64,000 nt of DNA from a virus. Positions 19,001-26,447 of the stretch are shown one piece after another. The DNA is taken from IMG/VR virus record IMGVR_UViG_3300045988_175656; one strand, 5' to 3'. The notes under the pieces were generated by a model that was not told the DNA's origin, did not search any database, and was given only the letters and a program-made list of their open reading frames with translations. A program made the translations under genes and the position numbers. How positions within the stretch are numbered: the stretch's first letter is position 1; each line of letters begins with the position of its first letter.

Positions 19001-19313
19001 GTCTGATGCAAAAGCATATACTGATGCACAACATATTTATGTAACAGGTGCTAGTGTAAATGCATCAACAAACATAATAACATTAGGTTTCCAAAACAGT
19101 GTTCAAACTGTTAATATTGACATTTCTTCAATAATCGAAGCTGCTGTAACTAGAGCTGTTACACAAGCTGTTGCGCAAGCTAAACAAGAAATTCAATATA
19201 CAATTGTTCCTACTTCTTCTACAAATGGTACAGTTGATAATAGTAAGAGTCCTCGTGAAATTTCTATTGATGTTACAAATGTTAACAATGGTACATATAC
19301 AAACACTCCTTAA
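16089..19313 (+). CDS. large tail fibre protein (Ala-rich coiled-coil with repeated AKAYTD collar motifs)
   Basis: 1074 aa. An (A/D)AKAYTD(A/E/I/T)(Q/E) motif recurs at least 6 times. A ~110-aa module is duplicated (..NIKYKTDVTVENALDTLT / ..NIKYGQNSNVETALDNLT). Contains a 3 x 19-aa tandem repeat. Confidence 0.6.
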   Translation: MGKRLQIRNHAEVFDTRDSALAYINDIYKGQSLVAEPTVYLYGSALNPNIILAIGSVGNGSLAAKNKVFLIDTARLDADIAQLKQDVSGDTENIQDILTKLNAVIVGSGLDSDGTYQVDIDDDLLKKATSLNDAIKKLSASLQATAKATDLTVKDSETVHLETTKTSTGVLLQAFSKISEYGKLDPDFNDNILIKMSDGLYATVDLSYDENTGILTFTASKTKDDGTVGVRIIEKQFKIGLHTTMKSVSYDPETETLIFILTDADGNEYTEVVDATGLITEWDVENKVGSAVYLTKTRVKDGQDKLSADVIISSGDGWNILEKSKTTGGLFVKGYANNIKYKTDVTVENALDTLTLNDQTNLADAKAYTDAQVSAETNRAKGAEQVLTDNLAAEVTRAKAAEKANSDAIAIINGDNDTVGSIKTALKDAKAYTDIETDRAKDAEQALQVELNTLNGNEAVSGSVKNAISIAKQYTDTQVDAEQTRAEAAEQVLTNAVTIINGNEAQEGSIKNAIVIANEYTDEQLAQHDHDSLIKIDELRDDLNAEIKRATITGKESKSLLMNIAQGSTGTTISGDVKISTITGNIISEQDGGIFAYVTLKYNAAENALYFNNGTPVDTKIQLSSASLVDDAYYDANTKTIVIVFNDADKTTVKIPVGDLIPTLAVGRETGSAVIMRLVTEENLNTIYADVDISTASVNILQNVNGALLVRGTADNIKYGQNSNVETALDNLTSASTGNLAAAKAYTDEQVAIEKARAEGVESTLNTTILNNTTNLQGQITAEVTRATKAEEAETKRAEAAEAALDAKIGVNSDAITIINSGSGTTGSIANAVATAKAATDAAIESEKDRAKAAEAALDAKIAIINGSGVGSMSDILDKAKAYTDTSIAPIAGQIENAKQQAIAAAATDATTKADKAKQEAIAAAATDATTKANSAETNAISAAAIDATTKADKALSDAKLFTTSATTQALSDAKAYTDAQHIYVTGASVNASTNIITLGFQNSVQTVNIDISSIIEAAVTRAVTQAVAQAKQEIQYTIVPTSSTNGTVDNSKSPREISIDVTNVNNGTYTNTP
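18780..18950 (+). repeat. 3 x 57-bp in-frame tandem repeat inside the tail-fibre gene
   Basis: Units are 18780..18836, 18837..18893 and 18894..18950. They encode AKQQAIAAAATDATTKADK / AKQEAIAAAATDATTKANS / AETNAISAAAIDATTKADK. Confidence 0.9.
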
Positions 19314-19331
19314 TAAGAGTGCATATATACG

Positions 19332-19361
19332 AAAAGGAGAGCAAAACTGCTCTCCTTTTTT
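19332..19361. terminator. bidirectional rho-independent terminator between convergent tail-fibre and polymerase genes
   Basis: AAAAGGAGAGCA-AAAC-TGCTCTCCTTTTTT. The stem is GC-rich, with an A-run on one side and a T-run on the other. Confidence 0.8.
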
Positions 19362-22300
19362 ATTGCATACTTTCCATGTAACTATTATATTTTTCTTCTG
19401 AAATTTTATCAAAATCTTTATCAATAATATCAAAAATACTACCAATAGCCACTTTCCATTTTTTAGAAATAAAATTATTTGAATTTACATCTTCTTCAAC
19501 AATTTTCAATAATGAAGCTGGTAATTCACCTTCTTCCATAAACTCATTTACATCTTCTTTTGTTAAAGAGTCTATAATTTTGTTGTATGCTTCAACCTCT
19601 TCTTTAATTTCAGCTTCTTCTAATTGTTTTTGTCTTGCATCATAATCTTCAAGAACTTCCTGCCAATTAATTCCACATTCTTCAACAAATGGTGGTACTT
19701 CACCTGCTGATTTCCAAAATCTTATTTCTTTATCTTCAATAGTCATTAATTGTTCGTATGTATCTTGGTCAGTTGGTTTGTAAGGTTCTCCTGAAACCAA
19801 TTTTGATTGGTCAACAGTAAAATAATTTCTATCTTCTGGATTATTAATTAATATTTTATCTCTAATATCCTTAGAGAAACAAACTAATAATGGTTTGATA
19901 CGTTTATTAAACTGTTCCAAATATTTTTGTACATTATATTCAGTATCTTCATCACAAAATGTATCATTTTCATCTTCAACCACTTCATTATCAAGCAATA
20001 TACAATTAAAAATTAATTCATCTTCTTCAGTTAAATTAGGGTATTCAACTTTAGCACACTCCACTTTATCTTTATATACAGGTAAATCACGTTCATTATT
20101 TTTTACTTTTTTTCTATAAGCAGTCCACATTTTATCAACTTCTTTCGTAATTTCAACCTTTTCTTCGCCTTCGATTGTGTAGTAATGTGTTACTCTTTTA
20201 ACATCTGAATGTGATTTGGATTTTCCTGTGTTAATATAATATATTGCATCACCCATATGAACATTCAAATTATGTTTTATTGCCAATTCATACCAAGCTT
20301 GTCTCGCTTTTTTACTACCTGCTGCTGTAACGTTCCCACAATCTTTAATATATTCAGACAAATCTTTTTTAATTTTACCAACTGAAGCTATTTCTTTCAA
20401 TGGTATTTTCAAATTATATATTTTATCAATATAGTCATAATACATAATCAAAAATTCTTGACCTTTACCAAATAATAATAAATCAATTGCTTTATTCATG
20501 AATTTTTCTATATACAATGGCATTTTTTTAGATTTAATTGTATTACCAACTAATTTTGTTTTACCATTTTCCAAATAATCAGCATAATTTTTACGAGAGA
20601 AGTTAATAGTTGCTTGGGCATATTCATCAATACCAAGCCCCATTTTACCTCTCATAAATAAATCATTAAATTCAGCAACATCAGCTTCTACACCATGATA
20701 TTCTTGCCCTTCTTTTGTGTTACGATTAAGACCTTTTCCAATATAATGACGTTTATTTAGTTCTTCTTCAGGTGGCATTTGAAAGTTTACCCCATCAGTG
20801 TCCATTACAATAGGCTTATATCCTCTATCTTTAAACCACTTATTCATTAATCTTAATGATTGTCTGCCAATACAAGTTGTTTTTTCAGCACACATTAAAT
20901 CACCCCAATTAAATAAATTAGGAGCACCAAAACCACCAAAGAATGAATTACCAAATATTTTGAATGGCAACTGTTTTTTATCATTAGCTGATTCTTCAGA
21001 TTCATATTTTTGAAGTTCTTCTTTTAACAGTTTTAATTCCTCAGTTGTTCCTAAAAAAGTTTCAATATATTCTTTTTTCTTTTTAGCCTTTTTGCCTGCA
21101 ACGCTTTTCAAACCTTTGAATTTTTCACGTTCAGATAAAATATATTCCAATAAGGCTAACATAACACCTGAAATATCTTCACCTGTTGAAATCATCCAAC
21201 TTAAAATAATAGATGGATAAAGAGAATTATAGTCCAATTTAACAACTCTATCAACATATCCAACTGATAGAAGTCTTGATAAACCACCTGTAAATGCTCC
21301 AGATGATGCATATGATGGTAATGCAAGGTCATTTTCATAACTCCAAGCCAACATAATCATTTTCCATGTAGCTGCTGTACCCATTGTACACACTTTTCCA
21401 AAAGTCGTTGGAAGAAGTTTTCCCAATAAGAAATTAGACTGATTATATCTTAATTCTACTTTATCTGTTTCATATAAGTCATCCAACAAATATCTTTCAA
21501 CAATATATCTTCCAGTTGTCTTTACATATATTTCGTTTGTTGAATTATCTTTGATAGTGCCATCTTCCAATAAAGTGTAACGAATTTTTTCTTCAGTAAT
21601 TTCTTCAAATTTATTACCAGATGCAATTTCAGTTAATTTGTTTATTTCTTCTTCATGTTCTAATAATTCAGTTTTATCATGAATATAACTTTGAATTTCA
21701 GTGATTTTCTTTGAAGCGTTTTCAATTTCTTGTTCTGTATAAAAAGTTAACTGTTTCTTATCAATTACCTTATTATAAGTTTTGGAAAATGTCTTATCAG
21801 TTATTTTAAACCAGTGTCCATTTTCATCATTAAATGCATATTCATTTACAGTGTCAGCCCATGTAACATTAATATCATTACCTGGTACATAAACACGATT
21901 AGGCTTATTTAATTTAGAATATTTTGTGACATATTTCAAATCAGCCTTTTTCATGTTACTGTCTTGTGCTTGCGCTCTTCTAACAGCATGTAATGAATCA
22001 GTTACATTAAATCCCCAAATTACTGTTGGGTAATAATATTCAATTTCACCACCCAATTTAAGAACTGACTGTTTCTTTTTCTTATAAATTGATTTTGGAA
22101 AATATTTTGCACTTTCAATTTGCATAGAAGTTCCTAACAAAGCCAAACGTTTTATTAAAAAGTCCCAGTCAAAGTTCTCAGAGTTATGACCTGTTATAAC
22201 ATCAGGTTTTTCACTTCCAATTATTCTTAAACACTCTCTAATAGCTTCTAATTCATTTTGTAATCGTTCTTCACCTTCACCTGTAATGGTGATGATTTTT

Positions 22301-22911
22301 TCAAACCCCTTATTTGTTCTAATACCCACCTGATTGATAGCACATCTTTCTGCTTCCAACCCCTGGGTTTCCAAGTCCCATTCAAGACGTTTCAATTGGT
22401 CATAATCATCATATCCTTTGAATAACCGTTTACCCGTAGAAATCATAAATTGCTCAACAGGTGTAATTGCTAAAAATTCTTTACTACTTCCTGTTGAATT
22501 TTTATCATTAGAATATATTGGCTTTTTCCCTTCAACAAAGAATTGACTAAATTTTTTAAATGGCATTGAAAATTTAGCATAAAACATCACACGATAACCA
22601 TTTTCAAGACGTTCAGTAGTCTCCCCTTTGTTGTTGTAAATATTTAAGCCTTTAGTTGCAATACCATATTCAGCCATCTTCTTCATAAGCAGCTTTCTAT
22701 CTCCACCATATAATTGTCTTGCTGCTGATTGTTTTGCCCACACAAAAGGATAAAACGCTTCACGTTTCATTCTTTTAATACCTTTTGCATCATTATATAT
22801 AATGATAGCATCTTTATCATCATAACTGCACTCAATATTAATGATACGTTCCATTGGGTCATGCCCTTCAAGGAATTTATTGATTCTTTCAGAGGTTATT
22901 TTTTCTATCAT
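19360..22911 (-). CDS. family B DNA polymerase with 3'-5' exonuclease domain
   Basis: 1183 aa. ExoI WDLETQGL, ExoII NSENFDWDFL, ExoIII YLLDDLYETD, PolA DYNSLYPSII, PolB KIFGNSFFGGFG, PolC VMDTDGV. Confidence 0.92.
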   Translation of the reverse strand: MIEKITSERINKFLEGHDPMERIINIECSYDDKDAIIIYNDAKGIKRMKREAFYPFVWAKQSAARQLYGGDRKLLMKKMAEYGIATKGLNIYNNKGETTERLENGYRVMFYAKFSMPFKKFSQFFVEGKKPIYSNDKNSTGSSKEFLAITPVEQFMISTGKRLFKGYDDYDQLKRLEWDLETQGLEAERCAINQVGIRTNKGFEKIITITGEGEERLQNELEAIRECLRIIGSEKPDVITGHNSENFDWDFLIKRLALLGTSMQIESAKYFPKSIYKKKKQSVLKLGGEIEYYYPTVIWGFNVTDSLHAVRRAQAQDSNMKKADLKYVTKYSKLNKPNRVYVPGNDINVTWADTVNEYAFNDENGHWFKITDKTFSKTYNKVIDKKQLTFYTEQEIENASKKITEIQSYIHDKTELLEHEEEINKLTEIASGNKFEEITEEKIRYTLLEDGTIKDNSTNEIYVKTTGRYIVERYLLDDLYETDKVELRYNQSNFLLGKLLPTTFGKVCTMGTAATWKMIMLAWSYENDLALPSYASSGAFTGGLSRLLSVGYVDRVVKLDYNSLYPSIILSWMISTGEDISGVMLALLEYILSEREKFKGLKSVAGKKAKKKKEYIETFLGTTEELKLLKEELQKYESEESANDKKQLPFKIFGNSFFGGFGAPNLFNWGDLMCAEKTTCIGRQSLRLMNKWFKDRGYKPIVMDTDGVNFQMPPEEELNKRHYIGKGLNRNTKEGQEYHGVEADVAEFNDLFMRGKMGLGIDEYAQATINFSRKNYADYLENGKTKLVGNTIKSKKMPLYIEKFMNKAIDLLLFGKGQEFLIMYYDYIDKIYNLKIPLKEIASVGKIKKDLSEYIKDCGNVTAAGSKKARQAWYELAIKHNLNVHMGDAIYYINTGKSKSHSDVKRVTHYYTIEGEEKVEITKEVDKMWTAYRKKVKNNERDLPVYKDKVECAKVEYPNLTEEDELIFNCILLDNEVVEDENDTFCDEDTEYNVQKYLEQFNKRIKPLLVCFSKDIRDKILINNPEDRNYFTVDQSKLVSGEPYKPTDQDTYEQLMTIEDKEIRFWKSAGEVPPFVEECGINWQEVLEDYDARQKQLEEAEIKEEVEAYNKIIDSLTKEDVNEFMEEGELPASLLKIVEEDVNSNNFISKKWKVAIGSIFDIIDKDFDKISEEKYNSYMESMQ

Positions 22912-22968
22912 AAATTACTATTTGATTTCTGTTTAAAAGTTAAGGTCACATTTCAATGACCATCATTT

Positions 22969-23007
22969 TTGCAAATATACAACTTAGTTTCAATTAAAGC
23001 CACAAAA
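22969..23007 (-). promoter_or_regulatory. Bacteroidota-type promoter upstream of the DNA polymerase gene
   Basis: The minus strand reads TTTTGTGGCTTTAATTGAAACTAAGTTGTATATTTGCAAAAATG. The -7 box is at 22972..22979 and the polymerase ATG at 22911. Confidence 0.65.
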
Positions 23008-23038
23008 AAATCGCATATATTTTATTACATGCGATTTT
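23007..23038 (-). terminator. rho-independent terminator
   Basis: Stem AAAATCGCAT / ATGCGATTTT. On the minus strand it is followed by TTTTTTTGTG. Separates 23056..23457 from the polymerase promoter. Confidence 0.65.
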
Positions 23039-23055
23039 TAATATTATTTAATGAT

Positions 23056-23457
23056 TTACTTTTTTATAACACCATCCATGATATAAATCATCAATTCATC
23101 TTGGATTGGCATAATCAGTTCACCAACTGGGTATGTTTGTTCACCACTCACCAAATCGGGATTAAAGTCGATTTTAAATTGCCCTCGATATATACCAGGT
23201 TGTTTTGTGTCCCTTTCTTTCCATTCATATACAATTACAAATTCATTGACACAACTATTATTTTCACGTGGCACTATTGAAGCTTTTGCATTCGCAATTT
23301 TCATAATACCATTATCAACATTAGTCATTGAAAATGTAATAGAAGCGTTTTGTATCGCTTCATAAAATTTGTTGAAGTCATGTCTACCATCATTTATTAA
23401 CTCCATTCGAAGATGTGGTAAGACCGAGTTTTTATTTATATAAAATTCTTGTGCCAT
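23056..23457 (-). CDS. hypothetical protein (beta-rich)
   Basis: 133-aa ORF between the lipoprotein gene and terminator 23007..23038. No recognised catalytic motif. Confidence 0.5.
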   Translation of the reverse strand: MAQEFYINKNSVLPHLRMELINDGRHDFNKFYEAIQNASITFSMTNVDNGIMKIANAKASIVPRENNSCVNEFVIVYEWKERDTKQPGIYRGQFKIDFNPDLVSGEQTYPVGELIMPIQDELMIYIMDGVIKK

Positions 23458-23458
23458 A

Positions 23459-24007
23459 TTAATTCATTGCTAAATCATTTTTTATTATACTATCTAATGG
23501 CATTACATTTCTATATATTGCTCGATTTTTAAAATCTACTGAGAAATCATATCTTATTAAATAATCTGAACCAATAATGCCAATTATTTCACGACCACAA
23601 GCACTTTTAATATTACTAATTACACCTCTCAAATCTGATGTCATAAATTGATGTTGTATTTTTACAGAATCACCCAATTCGCCTATTATATATGATGCTT
23701 GTACATCTTTACCGCCTGAAACACCATGAATAGTCAAATCAATATATTTAATAAATTGAAAATCATTTTTATGCTTCAAATAGTAAGTTTCATCTATTAA
23801 TGACATATTAGCTCCTGTATCAATAATAAAATATTTTTCTTCACCATTAACAGGAATATTTGTTATTGGTGTGTTTATGCCATCGTTTTCAGTCTGTTCG
23901 AAATAATATAAGAAATCAGTATTTTTCTTTCCATTATCACATGATGTTATACATAATGTACATAACATTGATAGCACTAAAAACAGTTTTACAATTTTTC
24001 TTTTCAT
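23459..24007 (-). CDS. lipoprotein with retropepsin-like aspartic peptidase domain
   Basis: 182 aa. Signal peptide plus lipobox MKRKIVKLFLVLSMLCTLCITS|C. Catalytic FIIDTGANMSLID (D-T-G-A) and IIGSDYL flap/dimer motif. Canonical TTTG-N20-TAATTTTG promoter upstream. Confidence 0.6.
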   Translation of the reverse strand: MKRKIVKLFLVLSMLCTLCITSCDNGKKNTDFLYYFEQTENDGINTPITNIPVNGEEKYFIIDTGANMSLIDETYYLKHKNDFQFIKYIDLTIHGVSGGKDVQASYIIGELGDSVKIQHQFMTSDLRGVISNIKSACGREIIGIIGSDYLIRYDFSVDFKNRAIYRNVMPLDSIIKNDLAMN

Positions 24008-24026
24008 ATCTTTTTTATATTGTTTG

Positions 24027-24058
24027 CAAAATTAAAAATTTAATATATAATTTCCAAA
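24027..24058 (-). promoter_or_regulatory. canonical Bacteroidota promoter TTTG-N20-TAATTTTG
   Basis: The minus strand reads TTTGGAAATTATATATTAAATTTTTAATTTTG. The -33 box is at 24055..24058 and the -7 box at 24027..24034. The lipoprotein ATG is at 24007. Confidence 0.7.
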
Positions 24059-24148
24059 TTTTAGAAGTTAATAATATTAAATTACTCCTAATATAAATAG
24101 CTTTTTTTAAAGCATAAAATAAAACTATTTATATAAAAACATTATAAA

Positions 24149-25288
24149 ATGGCAATTGATAATGAAAAGAAAAAATTATTTCATCAGGTAAGAACTCGTT
24201 TAGGTGCAGGTGTAAGAGGTGTTGAAATTACTGATGACATGCTATGTGATTTGTTAGAAATGTGTGTTAATGATTATGCTGAGAAAGTACAAAATTGGAT
24301 AATCGAAAACCAATGGGCTAGCTTATATGGTAAAAATTTATCATCAACTGATATGGCATTTGCATTATCAGTTAGAACATTAGATTATATGAAAGATTAT
24401 TCTTATTGGTTTTCCAAAGAAGTTGGTTTACAACAAAGAGGACCTTGGGAATTAAAAAAAGATTATGTTGAAGTTGAAAAAGGTAAACAAGTTTATATTA
24501 TACCAGCAGGTAGAGAAATAAATAAAGTACTTTATACAACCCCCCCAACTTCACAAGCAGCTTTATTTGCTAATTATGCAGGTATTGATGTTGGTTTTGG
24601 TGGTGGTTATGCTCAGATTGGCGGTGGTGGGGTTGGCTCAGGACCTATTGGTGGATTTTATACAATGCCAGCATATGATACTGTATTATTATCTGCTGAC
24701 TTAGCATACAAAAACCGATTATTAAGGTCTGATTTAACTTATAAAGTAACAGCAGGACCAAATGGTACTAAATTATTACATTTATTATCCACTCCTGGCT
24801 CTAACTTATCATTTGGTTTTTCTGGACCTGGAATTGGTGTTGGTGCAGGTTTATGGGGAATGGTAGGATGTCAAGTATGGTACACTTATTATGATGTAAA
24901 TCCAGGGGATGAAGATGAATGTAGAAAGCAAAACCCCGATTTATTAATATCTCCTGACCAAGTACCTTTGGAAGAGATGGATTATTCATATTTAAACAGT
25001 CCAACTAAAACAATTGTACGTCAGTTATTGGTAGCAGAAGCAGCCCATACATTAGGTTTAGCTAGAGGTAAAAATTCTGGTAAAATTTCTATACCAATGG
25101 CAGAAATGCAAATGGATTATCAAATGTTATTAAATTTTGGCACAGATGAAAAGAAAAATGTAATGCAAAAATTAGAAGAGAGACTGTTAAGAATGTCACC
25201 TGCTGAAGTCATGAAGAGACAAGCTGAAATTGTTGAAGCAGCTATGCAAGCAAAACGTGGAGTACCACTTGGTTTATATGTAATATAA
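24149..25288 (+). CDS. putative virion (neck/adaptor-like) structural protein
   Basis: 379-aa ORF, isolated on the plus strand and ending at a GC-rich hairpin. Gly-rich loops (GFGGGYAQIGGGGVGSGPIGG). The structural assignment is a guess from composition and TATAAATA upstream. Confidence 0.3.
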   Translation: MAIDNEKKKLFHQVRTRLGAGVRGVEITDDMLCDLLEMCVNDYAEKVQNWIIENQWASLYGKNLSSTDMAFALSVRTLDYMKDYSYWFSKEVGLQQRGPWELKKDYVEVEKGKQVYIIPAGREINKVLYTTPPTSQAALFANYAGIDVGFGGGYAQIGGGGVGSGPIGGFYTMPAYDTVLLSADLAYKNRLLRSDLTYKVTAGPNGTKLLHLLSTPGSNLSFGFSGPGIGVGAGLWGMVGCQVWYTYYDVNPGDEDECRKQNPDLLISPDQVPLEEMDYSYLNSPTKTIVRQLLVAEAAHTLGLARGKNSGKISIPMAEMQMDYQMLLNFGTDEKKNVMQKLEERLLRMSPAEVMKRQAEIVEAAMQAKRGVPLGLYVI

Positions 25289-25291
25289 AAT

Positions 25292-25311
25292 AAGGGAGCA
25301 GTTGCTCCCTT
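25292..25311. terminator. bidirectional hairpin terminator between convergent genes
   Basis: AAGGGAGCA-GT-TGCTCCCTT. The formal loop is only 2 nt, so the innermost A-T pairs probably stay open and the stem is ~8 bp. Confidence 0.6.
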
Positions 25312-25317
25312 ATATCT

Positions 25318-25770
25318 TTATACCCAAGACATTAACAATCCTCTTTTGGCTAAAATTAATTCAACATCCACTAATGGCATACCAAAATGAAATACTAAAC
25401 GACCCTCTTCAGGATATTCAAAATCAGGGTCATTATCAGGATTATCTAGGTTTTCAGAAGCCAATGCAATACAATTATCTCTACAATCTTGCATTGAAAA
25501 GCACATATTATCTTGCGCCAAATCAAATTTTATATTATAAATTTTTAATTCCTTTATAATTTCATATTGAGAATCTTCAAATAAAAAATCACCTGCAATA
25601 CCACTAGGCTTTTCTTCAAAACCTTCAGCCCAAAATGATTCTTTTTGTGCATCATCGCCAAATAAAAATTGATACAATCTTCTACCATCCACATCAGTTC
25701 CTTTTTCCCTAACGTATAGAAGTCTCATATCATCATAATTTTCAACATCATCTAACATATTATATATCAA
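25318..25770 (-). CDS. hypothetical highly acidic protein
   Basis: 150 aa, rich in Asp/Glu (DNPDNDPDFEYPEE etc.). Overlaps the upstream exonuclease gene by 11 nt. Confidence 0.5.
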   Translation of the reverse strand: MIYNMLDDVENYDDMRLLYVREKGTDVDGRRLYQFLFGDDAQKESFWAEGFEEKPSGIAGDFLFEDSQYEIIKELKIYNIKFDLAQDNMCFSMQDCRDNCIALASENLDNPDNDPDFEYPEEGRLVFHFGMPLVDVELILAKRGLLMSWV

Positions 25771-26290
25771 TTACTTTGTTATTTTTAATAAAATTGATAA
25801 AGACCATTGCACAAGCTTCTGCATCAGCAAGAGCATTATGATAATTTTTTAAATCATAGCCAATATCTTCACATAATATATTTAGTTTGTGTGAATCTAA
25901 ATGTTTATTATATTTTCTTGATAATTTTAACGTATCAATATATTGATAATCATTGTTAGTATCAAATGCTCGTGAACAAGCATTAATGCAGCTTTTCTCA
26001 AATGCGGCATTATGAGCAACAATTGGTGAATTACCAATCATTTTATCTACTTTTTCCCACACTTCAGGAAATTTAGGGGAATTTTTAACATCTTTATATT
26101 GCAGTCCATGAGCAGCAACACAATGTTTTTCAAAATATTTTGTCTGTGGATTTATTAAACTATAAAATTTATCTACAATTTTACAGTTCTCTACTATAAC
26201 AACACCAACAGAACACACAGTTTCACGATAACCATTTGCGGTTTCAAAATCTATTACTGCAAACCTATTGTTTGTTTTTCTTTTTACCAT
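25760..26290 (-). CDS. DEDDh 3'-5' exonuclease (DnaQ/epsilon-like)
   Basis: 176 aa. ExoI FAVIDFETANG, ExoII IVAHNAAFEKSCI, ExoIII HNALADAEACAMVF. Confidence 0.85.
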   Translation of the reverse strand: MVKRKTNNRFAVIDFETANGYRETVCSVGVVIVENCKIVDKFYSLINPQTKYFEKHCVAAHGLQYKDVKNSPKFPEVWEKVDKMIGNSPIVAHNAAFEKSCINACSRAFDTNNDYQYIDTLKLSRKYNKHLDSHKLNILCEDIGYDLKNYHNALADAEACAMVFINFIKNNKVIDI

Positions 26291-26447
26291 ACATTTTTAA
26301 GTCTTTTAAAATTTCTGAATTAATTAGTTCTTCCATTTTTGGTGAAAGTTTTCCATATGAGTTTAAACTACAATTAAATGTAGTTGATTCAGAAAGAATT
26401 TTTTCAACATCTTTTAGAGTTAGTACTTTAAACACATTACTTTTCAT
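26265..26447 (-). CDS. hypothetical small protein
   Basis: 60-aa ORF filling the gap between the SNF2 and exonuclease genes. It overlaps both ends (11 and 26 nt) and could be spurious. Confidence 0.3.
   Translation of the reverse strand: MKSNVFKVLTLKDVEKILSESTTFNCSLNSYGKLSPKMEELINSEILKDLKMYGKKKNKQ

Noticed and set aside
19360-22911. Introns or additional inteins in the DNA polymerase, the DnaB-like helicase or the visible part of the RNR gene
   Set aside because: Conserved motifs occur in the normal order and spacing in single continuous ORFs. No Hint-block or LAGLIDADG/HNH/GIY-YIG inserts were seen apart from the SNF2 intein.
22969-23280. 103-aa plus-strand ORF spanning the polymerase promoter/terminator region and overlapping 23056..23457
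   Set aside because: It starts inside the minus-strand promoter, crosses a terminator hairpin, and is antisense to a better-supported ORF. Its translation is low-complexity (F/I/Y/N-rich), typical of AT-rich noise.
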